This document shows, piece by piece, positions 46,301 through 58,284 of a stretch of 58,284 bases of DNA. The DNA comes from Aplysia californica (lineage: Eukaryota), in assembly GCF_000002075.1 (NCBI RefSeq), contig NW_004797441.1, positions 524,402-582,685 on the forward strand, read 5' to 3'. The notes under the pieces were generated by a model. The model worked only from the letters and a program-made list of their open reading frames with translations, had not been told where the DNA came from and did not search any database. Numbering within the stretch: position 1 is the stretch's first letter; the number at the start of each line of letters is the position of its first letter. Made by a program: the position numbers and the translations under genes.

Positions 46301-48437
46301 TATGATATTTTTTAAAGATATGATGTTGGTGCAACTCTTTATACCATATATATATATCTTTTTTTTTTTACACGATACAATTATAATTTTACTTTTTTCA
46401 GAATCACATAAGCTTGGTCATAAAATCAGTTAAACTACTTCAGATACTTGACTGTAGAATGGATGGTTGAATTGGGTACCAGGAAGTTAAGGGAAAAAAT
46501 CAGGAAATGTGTCAGTAGAAATCTTTTTTTAACTGATATGTTTATAATCCTCTGCAACTTATTTATTTTCCTTAAAGTTTATTTTTCTTTTACAATTTTT
46601 TTCTGATTGAATTTCAATGGACAGCAAAAATATAATTTCTCTTTTAGCCACATATCTTCAACGAAACAATACCAAACAATTATTAGTGTATTGTAATTCA
46701 TCAATGTTTTTTGTCTCCATCCACAGAAAGTACCAAGGCACAGACGGAGAGGAGGATGGCATGTCTCAATTCTCCTGTCCAATTTGCACTGTGATGTTCG
46801 ATTCACCTCAAGAATTGCAAACCCATCTTCACTATCATGATGAAACCAAGCCATACAAATGTGAGGAATGTGGCCGGGGCTTCAGCAACAAGCGGGCTCT
46901 GCAGAAACACGAATCTCTCCACCAGAGTCATGATGAGTGCTGGTGCAAGATCTGTGGTGTCCAGCTACTGACCAAGAGTGGCTACAACGCTCACCTGAGG
47001 GGCCACAGAAACCAAGAGATGCTGCAGGCGGAGGCAGCCAAGGTGAATGCTCCTTGCCCTATACAACCACCGCCCAGCTCCTCTTCTGAGTCTGCTGCAG
47101 AAATTTTAATGAAAATCAAAGTGAACAGTGAGTCTCGTGGTCGGAGAGGAGACAGTTCAGGCAAGCCTAAAACCAATCGTAAGGGCTCTTTTAAAAAGGC
47201 CAAGTCTTATGCCTGTCCGGTTTGTGGCATGCTGTTCCACAGCGGTGGGGAAAAGTTCCAGGCTCATGCTCGCCGGGAGCACAAGGACGCAGAGTTTGAA
47301 AAGTGCAAGTTGTGTTTCAAGTCATACTTAGGTAAGGAAAACTTGGCCAGACATCTGAGACTGCACCAGATGTACACCACCACCTTTACTTGTGATGACT
47401 GTGGCAAGGTGTTCAGGCGTAAGTACGCTCTGCAAGTTCATAAGAAGCTGCACACTTTCAAGAAATTTGTCAGTTGTGATATATGTGGGCAAGAGTTCCG
47501 TTTTGTCTCCGAGGTTGATAAGCACAAGCACACCAAGCATCGCTATGATCGGATGCTAAATATTTATAAGTGTAGCATTTGCGGGCAGCGCTTTCCAATG
47601 TTGAGTCACCTGAGTGTTCACTGTCACAGTCATAATATGCCTGATGCAAAACCGTTCGAGTGTGATTTGTGTAAAATTTCCTACAGCAACAGTACAGAAC
47701 TGAAGCAACACATCTACCAAAAACACGACAAGCTCATGAACACACTGGGAGAGGCTGTGTACATTCCAAGCACGGGAAGCTTCATATCATTCCCCGGGGG
47801 CGACGCAGCTGATGGTGTGGTCGTTAAACCGGAAGATATCGGTGGAGAGGAACAAGGAGAGCATACCAACAAGACAGGGAACGCAAAAGCCGACGGTTCT
47901 GACGCTCCAATGGATTTGTCAGCCTCAGAGCAAAAGAACGGCACTGATGGTGTAGAAGTTAAAGAGGAGAAAGATGATAAGAGTCTGGCCCATACGTACG
48001 TGGATGCATACAACTGGGCTACAAGACAGAGTACAATACAGGCAAAGTACCTGAAGCGGTATGTCTGTGAGGTTTGTGATAAGGCGTTTTCTTCCAACTC
48101 TGACCTCAAAACCCATAGAAGGACCCACAGCGGAGAAACTCCTTTTAAGTGTGATTACTGTGAGAGAAGTTTTAAACAAAGGGGTCATAGAAAACTTCAC
48201 ATCCAGGTTGCTCACACGAAAGAAATGCCATATAAATGCCACTTGTGTGACTCTGCGTTCCCCACCCGCTATCGGTACCAAGTTCATGTAAAGCGTCACT
48301 CTGGGGTTAGAGAGTTCAAGTGTAACCATTGTGAGAAAGAGTATTACACTTTTGGAAAGCTGAATGAGCACAAAAAGAAGCGGCACCAAGCTGAGTGGCA
48401 GGAGGAGCAGGCACAGAAACTAGCTAAAGCTCAATAG
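42488..48437 (+). CDS. Multi-C2H2 zinc-finger protein, 935 aa, about 18 fingers: join(42488..43253,44820..45150,46727..48437)
   Basis: Splice sites CATG|GTGAGA - tactttcAG|AT (phase 1) and GAG|GTGAGT - ccatccacAG|A (phase 2) join three ORFs in frame (2808 nt). Fingers: 2 in exon 1 (one lacking the last His), 3 in exon 2 (one C2HC) and 13 in exon 3, including a near-canonical linker HSGETPF. PMDLS motif present. No orthologue recognised. Confidence 0.92.
43714..44150. mobile_element. Sola1-like MITE, opposite orientation to 28392-28825
   Basis: gtg..ggtggaatcaggcgctc ... gagcgcctgatttcacctcgctacctcac; interior aaaattagcgagaaaatggccgccaaag is the reverse complement of 28624-28650; flanks ATTT/TTTT. 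Confidence 0.85.
44820..45150 (+). CDS. Zinc-finger gene coding exon 2 (3 fingers)
   Basis: CNEC...HVRSH, CSAC...HIDSQH, CDKC...HTKFC; canonical splice sites. Confidence 0.92.
45264..45453 (+). mobile_element. SINE-like family A
   Basis: Family A core and tail gtgttgcaagtgc..aactcttactaaaactaaaactaaa. Confidence 0.8.
46727..48437 (+). CDS. Zinc-finger gene coding exon 3 (13 fingers)
   Basis: Long ORF with repeated CxxC...HxxxH; TAG at 48435-48437. Confidence 0.95.
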
Positions 48438-50544
48438 ACTTTCTTCTTCGTCTGTGGTAGTCTTCAGACTTGTCTTGAGATGTTTCTCTTGGATAATATA
48501 ACCATAACTTTTTGAAAAAGTTTATGCGACATGTGAAGATAAATTTTGCAAATACATGCATAATTCTCCCAAGTTACCTCCCAGTGTAATGGAAATTGTG
48601 TAAGGCAAGCTTTAAAGATATTCTTGGACTGTTTTTTTTATATATATAAATATACTAAGCCAGTTCATCAGTTTATTGGGATGTTTTTCGTAGGCAGGCT
48701 TTACAAAGAATTCCTAGATACCTTGAAAGGTCAACTCCAAGACCCTTTTAAATGTCTTTTTCGGGCCTTTCCTAGACTTTGATGAATGTCTTATTTGGCA
48801 CTATATGAAGTTTGTTTTAAATATAATAACAAGAGCCTTTGCATTTTTTAAAAAGAGAATGGAATCGGTATAACAACCGAAAATTTAGCTGATCCTGTTT
48901 GGGCTGGGGTTTATTTTTTTATTATTATTAATTTTTTTTTTTCCCCAGTTGAGTTGAAGAACTGTTTTGATAGATATTAGAAGGGAGTTGAATTTAGGTT
49001 TTTGACACCATCCTGTAAAGAAGTATACTGACATGATAAGTCAGAGTAGTAATAAAAATGGTATTTGTTGGGATGGGGGAGAGACAAAGTTTCTGCCTGA
49101 ATACTTCTCACAATGACTTTCACCAAAAAGATACAGTATATCAGGGGCAAAAATGGAGGTGTGATATTGCATTTTTGTATTTTTATGTATATTATAACTG
49201 AATGTTTTTTAAGATACATCATGACTATTCAGAGTATAATATAATGTTTATGTGTTTGTTGTTGTGATTGTGTAGTTTTAGATCCTGCTGAAGTCTAAGT
49301 AAAAAGATATAATATTAGAATTACTCTCCTGAAAATTGGAATAGGTCTGCCATGCCACTTGTACCTTTGTAATAGACAACAAACAAGAGAGGGGTTATTA
49401 AACAGTTTAAACTGGGTCAAAGAAGAAGTTAAAAAAGCAACACCCATTCTGTTTGAATACTTAGTTGTTTTTTTTTTCTTTTGTACAAACTGTTTATTAG
49501 TGCACGCTTCTGTCTTATTTGCTCCTTTTATTTTTTTGGTAGCATTTGTATTTAAACCTCATCTGCTCTTAATAAAATGAGATAGAGCTAACTAGCCTTA
49601 AAACTGCAACTCACATCTTTTTTACATTCAAAAGAAAATTTTGGTGTACTCAATTCTGTTTTGTTCTAGAATTGTGTCAGCTTTTGTTCTTACAATAACA
49701 GCTCTTTTTTTTTTTTTGAAAGCCTTTATACAATGATATATATATATATGTGTGGAAGTAAATAAGGAGAAGGGCTTGGTAGAGCGTTTCATTTTTCCTT
49801 GTCAGTGTAATTTTAGTAGCTTTTGTTGTGTAACTTAGTGTAAACTGAAAGTCATTCTTTAAAATGAAGAGATTGGATTTATACTTTTCCTATTGTTTTT
49901 ATCATAAGACAGCAAAAAATATTTTTGGAGTGCTTTCCTAAAAATGTCAGAATGATTTTTTTAGTTAAATTGCAATTCATTGGAAGCTGCAGGAGTGTGT
50001 ATTTTCTCAGGATAATGTGTTCTTCTATATTTTGTACCAACACCTGTGGTATAATGAATTCAGGGTTATTCAACTCTACCTTGCCTGCAAAAGATCTGTT
50101 GGGGTACGGTATGGTATTCCCACATCCAGGGTTTGCCCTGGCTGGCAAGGTCAGACTGAGTCTCTGCAGCCTCCACCCTAAATGATCTAAATTATCATTA
50201 GCATATTTCATGTAAGGCCATTGTATTTCTCATTGAATAGTTGAGTGAGGATATGGAGGCCTTCAAAATTGTTGGATTTTTTACTGTGCCAGGAGAACGT
50301 CTCTTTTAACTTATTTCTGAATGGCGTATAACTTTTGAATGTAACATTTACTTTCATCTTTCTTTCAACTCTTTCTTATTCATGTTTGTAACACTGTAGT
50401 TGTTTTATTTCCCTATAATAAAATCGTGCCATGTATGTTGTGTTTGGTGGTTTCCACATCTATCAATTTCTTTCAACATAATTTATCTGATTTAACTGTT
50501 TTATTTTTTATTTTTTCAGAATATAGATCCACAAAGTGGGTCAT

Positions 50545-50755
50545 TTGTTGGCTTGATCCCTTAGAAATCGTATGGGTGGTTGGCGGGCACTCTTTTGTGG
50601 TTTGCTTCTTCTTTTCTATCAAACATCTATCGTCTTTATCTCCCCTCCTTCTTTTTCGTGTTTGCTACTCTCTTGTAACACCTCTAATCTTCGGCACTTA
50701 TATGACCTTATTGTGTTGCAAGTGCCATAAAACACTTACTAAAACTAAAACTAAA
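50545..50755 (+). mobile_element. SINE-like family A
   Basis: tgggtggttggcgggcactc...core...gtgttgcaagtgccataaaacacttactaaaactaaaac. Confidence 0.82.
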
Positions 50756-51916
50756 TCGCAAACTGAAAGAGTTAAAAGTCAGGGATTGCTCTTTAGTGTC
50801 CCTTTGTGCTGTGAAAATAGATCTACATCAATTGCCAGCAGCTGTTGTATAAGTTGATGGAGAGAGAGAATTTAGGATGAGTAGACAGGGCAGTAGCTTA
50901 GAGTCTTCCACAAAGAGCACACAAAACAGGGACAAATGATAAGAGTTGTACAGCCTGTGTTGTGTTGGTGTTGTAAATGAGAACATTACTGCTCCTTGTT
51001 TGTTAATTTATTTATCTTTGTACATAAAAAGCAAAGAAAAATTTTTTTTTAAATTAAAAGATATGTTTGTCTGTTGTTACTGTTGTCTATTCATCGTAAA
51101 TCTTTATATCAAATGGGTATTGTGTATGTGCTGTTGGAGTTTATGTTGTGTAATGGATTTGTTTATCCTTTTGTGTCCATCTGTGACCTGAGACTTGTTG
51201 AGAAGTTACTTGAACTTTAATTTGAAAGTTGTGGGGCATTGCTTGTATGGCAGTTTGTATCAGAAATGTTCACTTCAGTTGTAATATACTACCGGGGCGA
51301 ATTTCTTGTCGTGAGATTGATGATTTTTCCCTATCATCATTGTCTAGTCATTGTTGTTAGAATGAATGTTGAAAATAATGTATGGAACTTTCGAAAACAT
51401 CAAGATGTCTTGATGTGAGCCTAAGGTCTGAGAGCTGGCATATAATATATGTTTGTTTTTCTTTTTAGTCCTTACTCCTTTTTTTTCTCTCCCCCTCTTG
51501 GGTCCTCTAAGTTAGTCCTAAGTTCTAACCATCACTCTCCCACCCCTCCCCAGCACCCACACTTGTGTACTTTTTTTTTCACTTCAGCAGGAGTACACAA
51601 CCCCCCCCCCCCCCCCCCCCCCCCCCGATTGAAATATTGAAATAAAACAACACACAAAGAGAACTAATGCTAACTGCGCATGTGTGATATGATATTTTGT
51701 GTGTTCTCTGTATTTTTTTTTTTTTTACTTAAGTCATTGGTCTGACTGGGAAAGTTTGATTTGAAATGCGAGTAACAGCTAATTCAATCAAGAAATTAAA
51801 CAGCATTATGATTATGTTATAAAGTAGTCTGCCTATAGGGTAAGTATTTAGTTTGTAACATCTGCTCTGTTCTTTGTGGAATCAAAAATATTTTGATCGA
51901 ACTAGAGCTGGAATGT

Positions 51917-51982
51917 TTATATATATATATCTTTATCAGAAATTGATTTTATATATATATCTCTTTATCAGAAATTGATTTT
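51917..51982. repeat. ~32-bp tandem duplication containing (AT)n
   Basis: (ta)n-tctttatcagaaattgatttt x2. Confidence 0.85.
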
Positions 51983-54077
51983 ACCTTTCATATCAGTTAT
52001 TGTCCCACTTCACAAGTAATATTCGAAGTTGGAGTGACTCCCTGATAAAATTAAGTCTCTCAATAGCACTTCAGCAGAGTGAGAGTTTTTCTCCGAAATT
52101 GTATGGGTGGATGAGAATTGTGAGGTGAGGTTGGACTTGCCTTGTAGAGTGATCCTAGGTTTGTTCTGTGGTCAATTTGATTGATGTTCACTGTCGTTAA
52201 TAACTGTTGTTAAAATTTTCCCCTACTATATTTACAATTTGAGATTTGCTCACAAAAATGCAATTACTGAAAACCCATTTTTATGACAAGATATACAAAT
52301 ACAATGAAGAGTTAAAAGAAAATTTTCGATTTGGGAATTTCATTGTCTGTGACAAAAGCATGTTTTACAGCGATCTGACATGTGTAAATGATGAATTAGC
52401 CTTAGAATGTATCAAAAGCATGTCTTATAGATTCAGAATTATATAGACTTGAATAAAAGACAAGTGTATGTGATCAAATTTTAACATCATTGTCTGGAAC
52501 AAAAATACATGTTTGTGAACATAGATTACATATTTGCAATTCAATTTTGACCTACCTAGTAAACATTTCTGTGTTGTGGTATATTATCGATGTCACTTTG
52601 TAAAGTAGGCCTAGTTAGTCAGTGATGATGATTTCTTACAAGGTATGTACATGTATATTTGTCAATATAATAATATAGAAAGTTTTATTTTTAAAAAAGA
52701 AACAAGAGCTGTTGTTATGGAGTGCATGTGCTTTGCTTTGGTGCACATGTTACATTACAAACTTTTAATGGCATTTTCTAAGTAAATATAGTGTATCTGT
52801 ATTATAATATCAGAGGAAGCATTACATGTATCTTCTTGCAAGTTCAAGGTATTTGAAGTTTTAACTGTGGTAAATTGTCAGCCTGTCTGGATTTCAAGTT
52901 AATTTTGAAAGTTGTGAGTTGGTGTTTGAATCATGTGTGAAAAAGTCACTGTTTGAATGTATGAAAAAGTCTCTGTTTGAATATCTGAATTTGTAAGCTG
53001 TTTGATTTAGTTGGTCATTATTAATAAAGAGCGTCAATGTATTACAGGAATCTTTTTTCGGCTCTATTTTGTTGTATTTTATGTCATGCGTGCTGACTTC
53101 TGTAACACAGTTGGTTACAGATTTGATCAAGAAAGGGGTACTAAAGATAGGTCTTTGTTTTTGGGGGGGGTTTTCTTAGTATATTTATTATGCTAAATGT
53201 TTTATACCCCCTGACACAATTTAAATAGTTTTAATGATAGTGGTGTAGGTCTGTCGGGAATTACATTTAAACAACTGAAGGGAACAATTATCAGGTATAT
53301 TCAGTGTCCCATCCTTCAGCATGATCATCAGTAGCGCATTTGTACATTTTTGCAACAAAAGGGTTGGAAATTATTTTTTATGTCGTCTTATCCCGTGGGC
53401 CAAGCGATGATTAATGTTTATTTGTTTTTGTTTCTCTGTTGTTGTTTTTTTGGTTGTTTTTTGTGTTGTTGTTGGGATTTTTTTTGGGGGGGGACGATGA
53501 AAAAGTCTTGAGTTTTTATCGGAAAGGAAAGAGGAAAAGACGTTTTTATTGTTCCATCTTGGGAACTATTGTTTCATGATGATAATGATAACATATTATG
53601 TAAATGTACGTGTTGCTACAAGCACAATACATGTCAAATACGCGTGCAGAACTTCAACATTGAACAGGAGTTAAATCTTTTGTTCTTCTTACTTCCATCT
53701 CGCAAGTCACAAGAGGGTGGGGGAAGGGAATGAGAGCCTGACACTGACACCGAATGTTTGCTCTTACAAAGAGCCTGTCTTCTGTAGAGATGTTTGCCTA
53801 TTTTTTAATTTTTTGTTTAAAGTTTTAGTTGAAATCTCCCAACAAGACTCCCACTGAAAATATTTAAGGGCGGAATACTGGTCCTGCCGAGTAGGCCTAC
53901 TGACTGAGAAAGTAATAAAGAAATGGAGAGATGGAAAGTCCAAATAAACTCTCACATGCTCACCTTGACATAGAGCAGACGTTGTGTGACATTTCGTCAT
54001 GACAGTGGTCGTTCCTCTGCTTCTGTGCACTGCAGAATCCGAAGTAACGTCAGTAAGTTGTTACCGCCTGAAGCTCT

Positions 54078-54796
54078 NNNNNNNNNNNNNNNNNNNNNNN
54101 NNNNNNNNNNNNNNNNNNNNNNNNNNNNNNNNNNNNNNNNNNNNNNNNNNNNNNNNNNNNNNNNNNNNNNNNNNNNNNNNNNNNNNNNNNNNNNNNNNNN
54201 NNNNNNNNNNNNNNNNNNNNNNNNNNNNNGTCTCTCTCTATACACACATACATGTGTATTAAATACAGGCCTCCTAAATACAGCTCAAAGNNNNNNNNNN
54301 NNNNNNNNNNNNNNNNNNNNNNNNNNNNNNNNNNNNNNNNNNNNNNNNNNNNNNNNNNNNNNNNNNNNNNNNNNNNNNNNNNNNNNNNNNNNNNNNNNNN
54401 NNNNNNNNNNNNNNNNNNNNNNNNNNNNNNNNNNNNNNNNNNNNNNNNNNNNNNNNNNNNNNNNNNNNNNNNNNNNNNAAATTATTTCGAATGCAACTGA
54501 AGCTGGCAACAGGACTTTATTTTTGGGTCTTTTTTTTTTTTTAATGAGCGTTCTCAGTTATTTTTTCCATCGAGCGTTATAACAAATTTGACTATAAGAA
54601 AGGTCAGCATTTTTCGCCCTGCCTAGACTATTGATTTCTGGCAAAAGGAAATGTGGCNNNNNNNNNNNNNNNNNNNNNNNNNNNNNNNNNNNNNNNNNNN
54701 NNNNNNNNNNNNNNNNNNNNNNNNNNNNNNNNNNNNNNNNNNNNNNNNNNNNNNNNNNNNNNNNNNNNNNNNNNNNNNNNNNNNNNNNNNNNNNNN
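54078..54796. other. Three assembly gaps (54078-54229, 54291-54478, 54658-54796)
   Basis: Runs of N. Confidence 1.
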
Positions 54797-55399
54797 TTCA
54801 TTCAGACACTCCAAGTCCAATGTAAGGTGACGAAACAAGCAAATAACATCAGCGAGAACAAATCTTGCTCATAATTGTCTACTATTTTAATTATAGTCAT
54901 GTCATCTCCGTTATATCACAGAATATCAACGAAAGGGAAGACGCGGGAGTTACAGTTCTCATGAGGTCAAAGGTCATAGTCATATATGTCTGTCTGACAA
55001 GAAACATCTTTTCTATGTAAACATACAACAGGGATAAAACATACACCTACATGTCAAATTCAAGCACATGGGCCTATTAGTATTATTTAGGCCTACTGTC
55101 ACTGCTTCTTGAATTGCTGCTACTTCACAGTTCATGGTCATACTGACGAGGTGATGATGCTATTTTTAATTTTTTTTTTTTTACCCTGCCCATTTCTATC
55201 AACAAATGCTTTTGTGTTTAGAAGTTCCGACATTAAGATGTAATGCCTTTTAGATTTTTAAAGTTCGTTGTTAGTGTTGGTGAGAACAAAATGGAGAAAT
55301 GCTGTGTACCTTGGAAGTCCTTTCTTGTTTATCGTTTCCTCCACTGAAGTGTCACTTCATTTTTATAAACGCTTTCACACTCCAATCAACACCATTTAA

Positions 55400-55624
55400 G
55401 GGACTGGCTGCTTCGATCCCGCATTAGGTTCAGTTCCCAATCGGCCCCTGTGGGTGGTTGGCGGGTGCTCTGGTGTGGTTTGCTCCTTCCTTCCTATCAA
55501 ACATCTATTATCTTTATCTCCCTCCCTTTTTTGTGTGTGTTTTTTACTCTCTTGTAACGCTTCTAATATCCGGCACTTAAATGACTTTATTGTGTTGCAA
55601 GTACCGTAAATCTCTTACTAAAAC
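55400..55624 (+). mobile_element. SINE-like family A, with a B-box-like remnant (cttcgatccc)
   Basis: tgggtggttggcgggtgctc...ttcctatcaaacatctat...gtgttgcaagtaccgtaaatctcttactaaaac. Confidence 0.8.
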
Positions 55625-57117
55625 GTTTTTTAACCCCGACCTTAAGTAAGAACTATTGCAAAACTGACACCGGAGCACTTGAGAAATAAGTAACCGTCCT
55701 TGCATCATGAGGTTATGAAGTGTATTGACTGAACTTGAAATACTTTTATAGATAACACTTACAATATACTATGCCCATATCCCAGATAAACACACTGACT
55801 AATACATGTTGGGAAACCCACTATATAACATCTCCATTGTCTCAAAATAAAATAAAACAGCTTTGAGTAAAATTTTAAAAAGCCAGTGCCTACGTCCCTA
55901 TCAGCACCTTCAACCTGAGTCATCGTAAAAATAATAAGTAGGCCTATTAATCTAATCGTGCCACAAAAATATGCCCTAGGCGAAATCTTTACACAAAAAT
56001 GACACATGAATTACTCTCATAAGGCTCAATTCAAACGTCTAATATAATGTACACATAATAATAATCATCATTATGTTATTTATTATTACCATGGCGCATT
56101 CACTGACACGAAAGGAGTCTATGCGTCTGAATAGTTCCTAAGAGTCTGGAGGCTAAAACTGGTCATCTGAAACCCCACACAACGCGTGAGAGAGAGAGAG
56201 GGGGGGGGGGGGGGGCTGCGCGACCTCGAAATAAATGCAATGGCCTCTAGTAGGACGTCAGAGTCAGGCTTATTGATCAAAACTTACATTTTAATTTTAA
56301 CTATTAAATATATACATGTCATATTTGTAATCACATGCACGTGTAATGTGCATCCCACCATCTCCTTTTTATTCCCTTCTTGTGTGCCAAATCTGGACCC
56401 GTTGACCTGGTCCGACAGTTTGCAAACCCAGGCTCAATGTAGTCATTGTACCCCCTTCATTTCATCCACCTCGCACAACTCATCATAGGGTCCGTGTTTA
56501 AGCACCATACCTCGGCCTTCTTTTTTTATGTTTTACTTCCTAGTTTGGCCATTTCAGAGACGGCCCCCCTCAACTTTGCCCACTGGTGCTAATCCTGGTT
56601 GCATGGGAATTGGCTACAATAATAATATTTTCCAAAAGACGACGAAGGCAGCCGATAGGTTATTTTCCCCATCTGGAAATTGACCCATGCTTTTTGCTAA
56701 AACAGAGTACTTAACAACTATTCCATAGCTGCTAGACTAAAGGCACCGAAAAAAATAATGATAATTGAAAGAGGCACTTCAAAAAGTGTAAAGTGTAACA
56801 AAGTTTCATCGTCAGTAAAACCATTTCCATTATGCAGGTAACTCCCTGCATATAATATGTACAATAATATAAAACAACGCCGTCTATTCTGTCTGTGAAG
56901 TGGTTGGTTTTAACTGTAATATGATTCAGCAAACGGGGGGAATCGGTGAAAGTCGGATGAACTGATCAATGGTAAGGAATGTTCGTATGAAGGACAAGGG
57001 AAAAAGGAAAAAGAAAACCACACAAGTATTTACTAGTAAGTACATTTACCTCAAAAAGAGCTTTTTGTATCTGTCGTTGAGGTGGTGGTGATAATGGAGT
57101 GCGCGTGAGCTTGTGTG

Positions 57118-57148
<31 letters not shown>

Positions 57149-57254
57149 ACGTGTATGTGTGTGAGTGTGTGTGTGTGTGCACGGGCCCACCTAAAGATCT
57201 ATGGGAGAGTATTATGTTCATGAGTATAGAAAATATATATTATACTGTTAAAAG

Positions 57255-57345
57255 GTGGAGACTATAGCCCAAGACAGAAGTCCATGTAGAGCACTTGTTG
57301 ATGGCCCTTACTCCAGCATGAGGTGGAAAGTGATAGTAATGATGA
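57255..57345 (+). mobile_element. Short RTE-type LINE 3'-end fragment
   Basis: gcccaagacaga...cttgttgatggccctta.ctcca...gaaag tgatagtaatgatga resembles 3242-3320, including the GAT-type tail. Confidence 0.5.
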
Positions 57346-58284
57346 AGCACATGTACATAATACTCTCATTCATATATGGACATGCGTGTGTGTATATAAT
57401 ATACATGTATATAATATACATAAATTAGATGGCGCCCACAAACAGTCGGCTCCTTGCCCGTTCGCGGATGTTTTTTCTTGGTACATAATAATATTATGTA
57501 TCACTTTTATTTCCAGTCCACCCCCAGGGCGAGGTTACGCTGATAGGGTGTGCTTTGCCGCGATATTATACTTTGTAAGTATAAAATAGCATCGGTTCTT
57601 ATAACAGGAGGGAAACAGAGTGAAACAACTAAATGATAACACAGAGAGGAAGGCGCATTTCATGAAAGTGTGTTTTTTTATCTTGGAGAGGAAAAGGATT
57701 GCCTTGTGGAAAAATGGGGACAAGTTAGCTCCTAGCATTATTTATCACATATACGCAGCTCACAGACAGCCAAGACAGCTAAATGCCGTATGTTATCAGT
57801 TCAAGAAAAAAGGGCAGTGAGCAAGAGGTTGGCCTTTACTAAACTGGTTCTTGGTAAGTTTAGAGCAAACAAAAACGTACGAGCATTCTATACAGATAGA
57901 TGAGGAAATAATAGCATTACTTAGCCTTCATGCTAAAAATTCAATCCTGCGATTCTTTTTGTTTCTGGCTGAAAGTGGAAAGGTACATGAATGTTCTTTT
58001 TTACACTGCGCTCTAATAGTAACAAGGCTTCACACTTGAACACTCAAGTGCATTTCTGCACATAACCCAGCTTTTGCCCGACTGACTTAAGGCTTAAGGA
58101 TATGTGCGCGTGTTTTGGTTCTGCTATTTTATGTGTAGTGGCTCACGCATGTACAAACGCAAAAAAAAAAAATCAAAATCAAAACCCGTATACTAGTGCC
58201 TCTATTAGGAATGTATTGACCCTTGTGTAGATGGGTGACTTGGCGCTACCCCTTTATAGCAACACCCCATGCCACTGCATATAT

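Noticed and set aside
46617-46726. N-terminal part of the 606-aa ORF
   Set aside because: AT-rich intron sequence upstream of the acceptor at 46726; likewise 43254-43294 and 44804-44819 are intronic.
47714-48389. Minus-strand ORFs of 131-154 aa over the zinc-finger exon
   Set aside because: Antisense shadows of the real coding frame, with no recognisable motifs.

Overview
This is eukaryotic (metazoan) genomic DNA from a draft assembly with four N-gaps. The repeat content and GPCR type suggest a lophotrochozoan, probably a gastropod mollusc; that assignment is inference. Three protein-coding genes can be reconstructed by hand. (1) A complete 8-coding-exon uroporphyrinogen-III synthase (UROS) gene on + (CDS 12527-27309, 254 aa), not recovered as a gene by the ORF track. 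(2) A rhodopsin-family, FMRFamide-receptor-like orphan GPCR on -, nested inside the first coding intron of UROS (main exon 15808-14070, probable signal-peptide exon 16938-16764). (3) A 3-coding-exon C2H2 zinc-finger gene on + (CDS 42488-48437, 935 aa, about 18 fingers, with a PxDLS CtBP-binding motif). Splice signals also indicate a divergent minus-strand transcript leaving the left edge. The rest is TE-rich: two inverted RTE-LINE relics, several SINE-like families sharing a 3' tail, DNA-transposon derivatives with readable TIRs/TSDs (hAT-like, Sola1-like, Harbinger, TTAA-flanked, 6-bp-TSD) and a MULE transposase relic. The most notable points are the nested antisense GPCR, the loss of the conserved GxxTA threonine in UROS, and inverted repeat pairs that tightly bracket two UROS exons. 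I see no clear evidence of a wholly new biological system.
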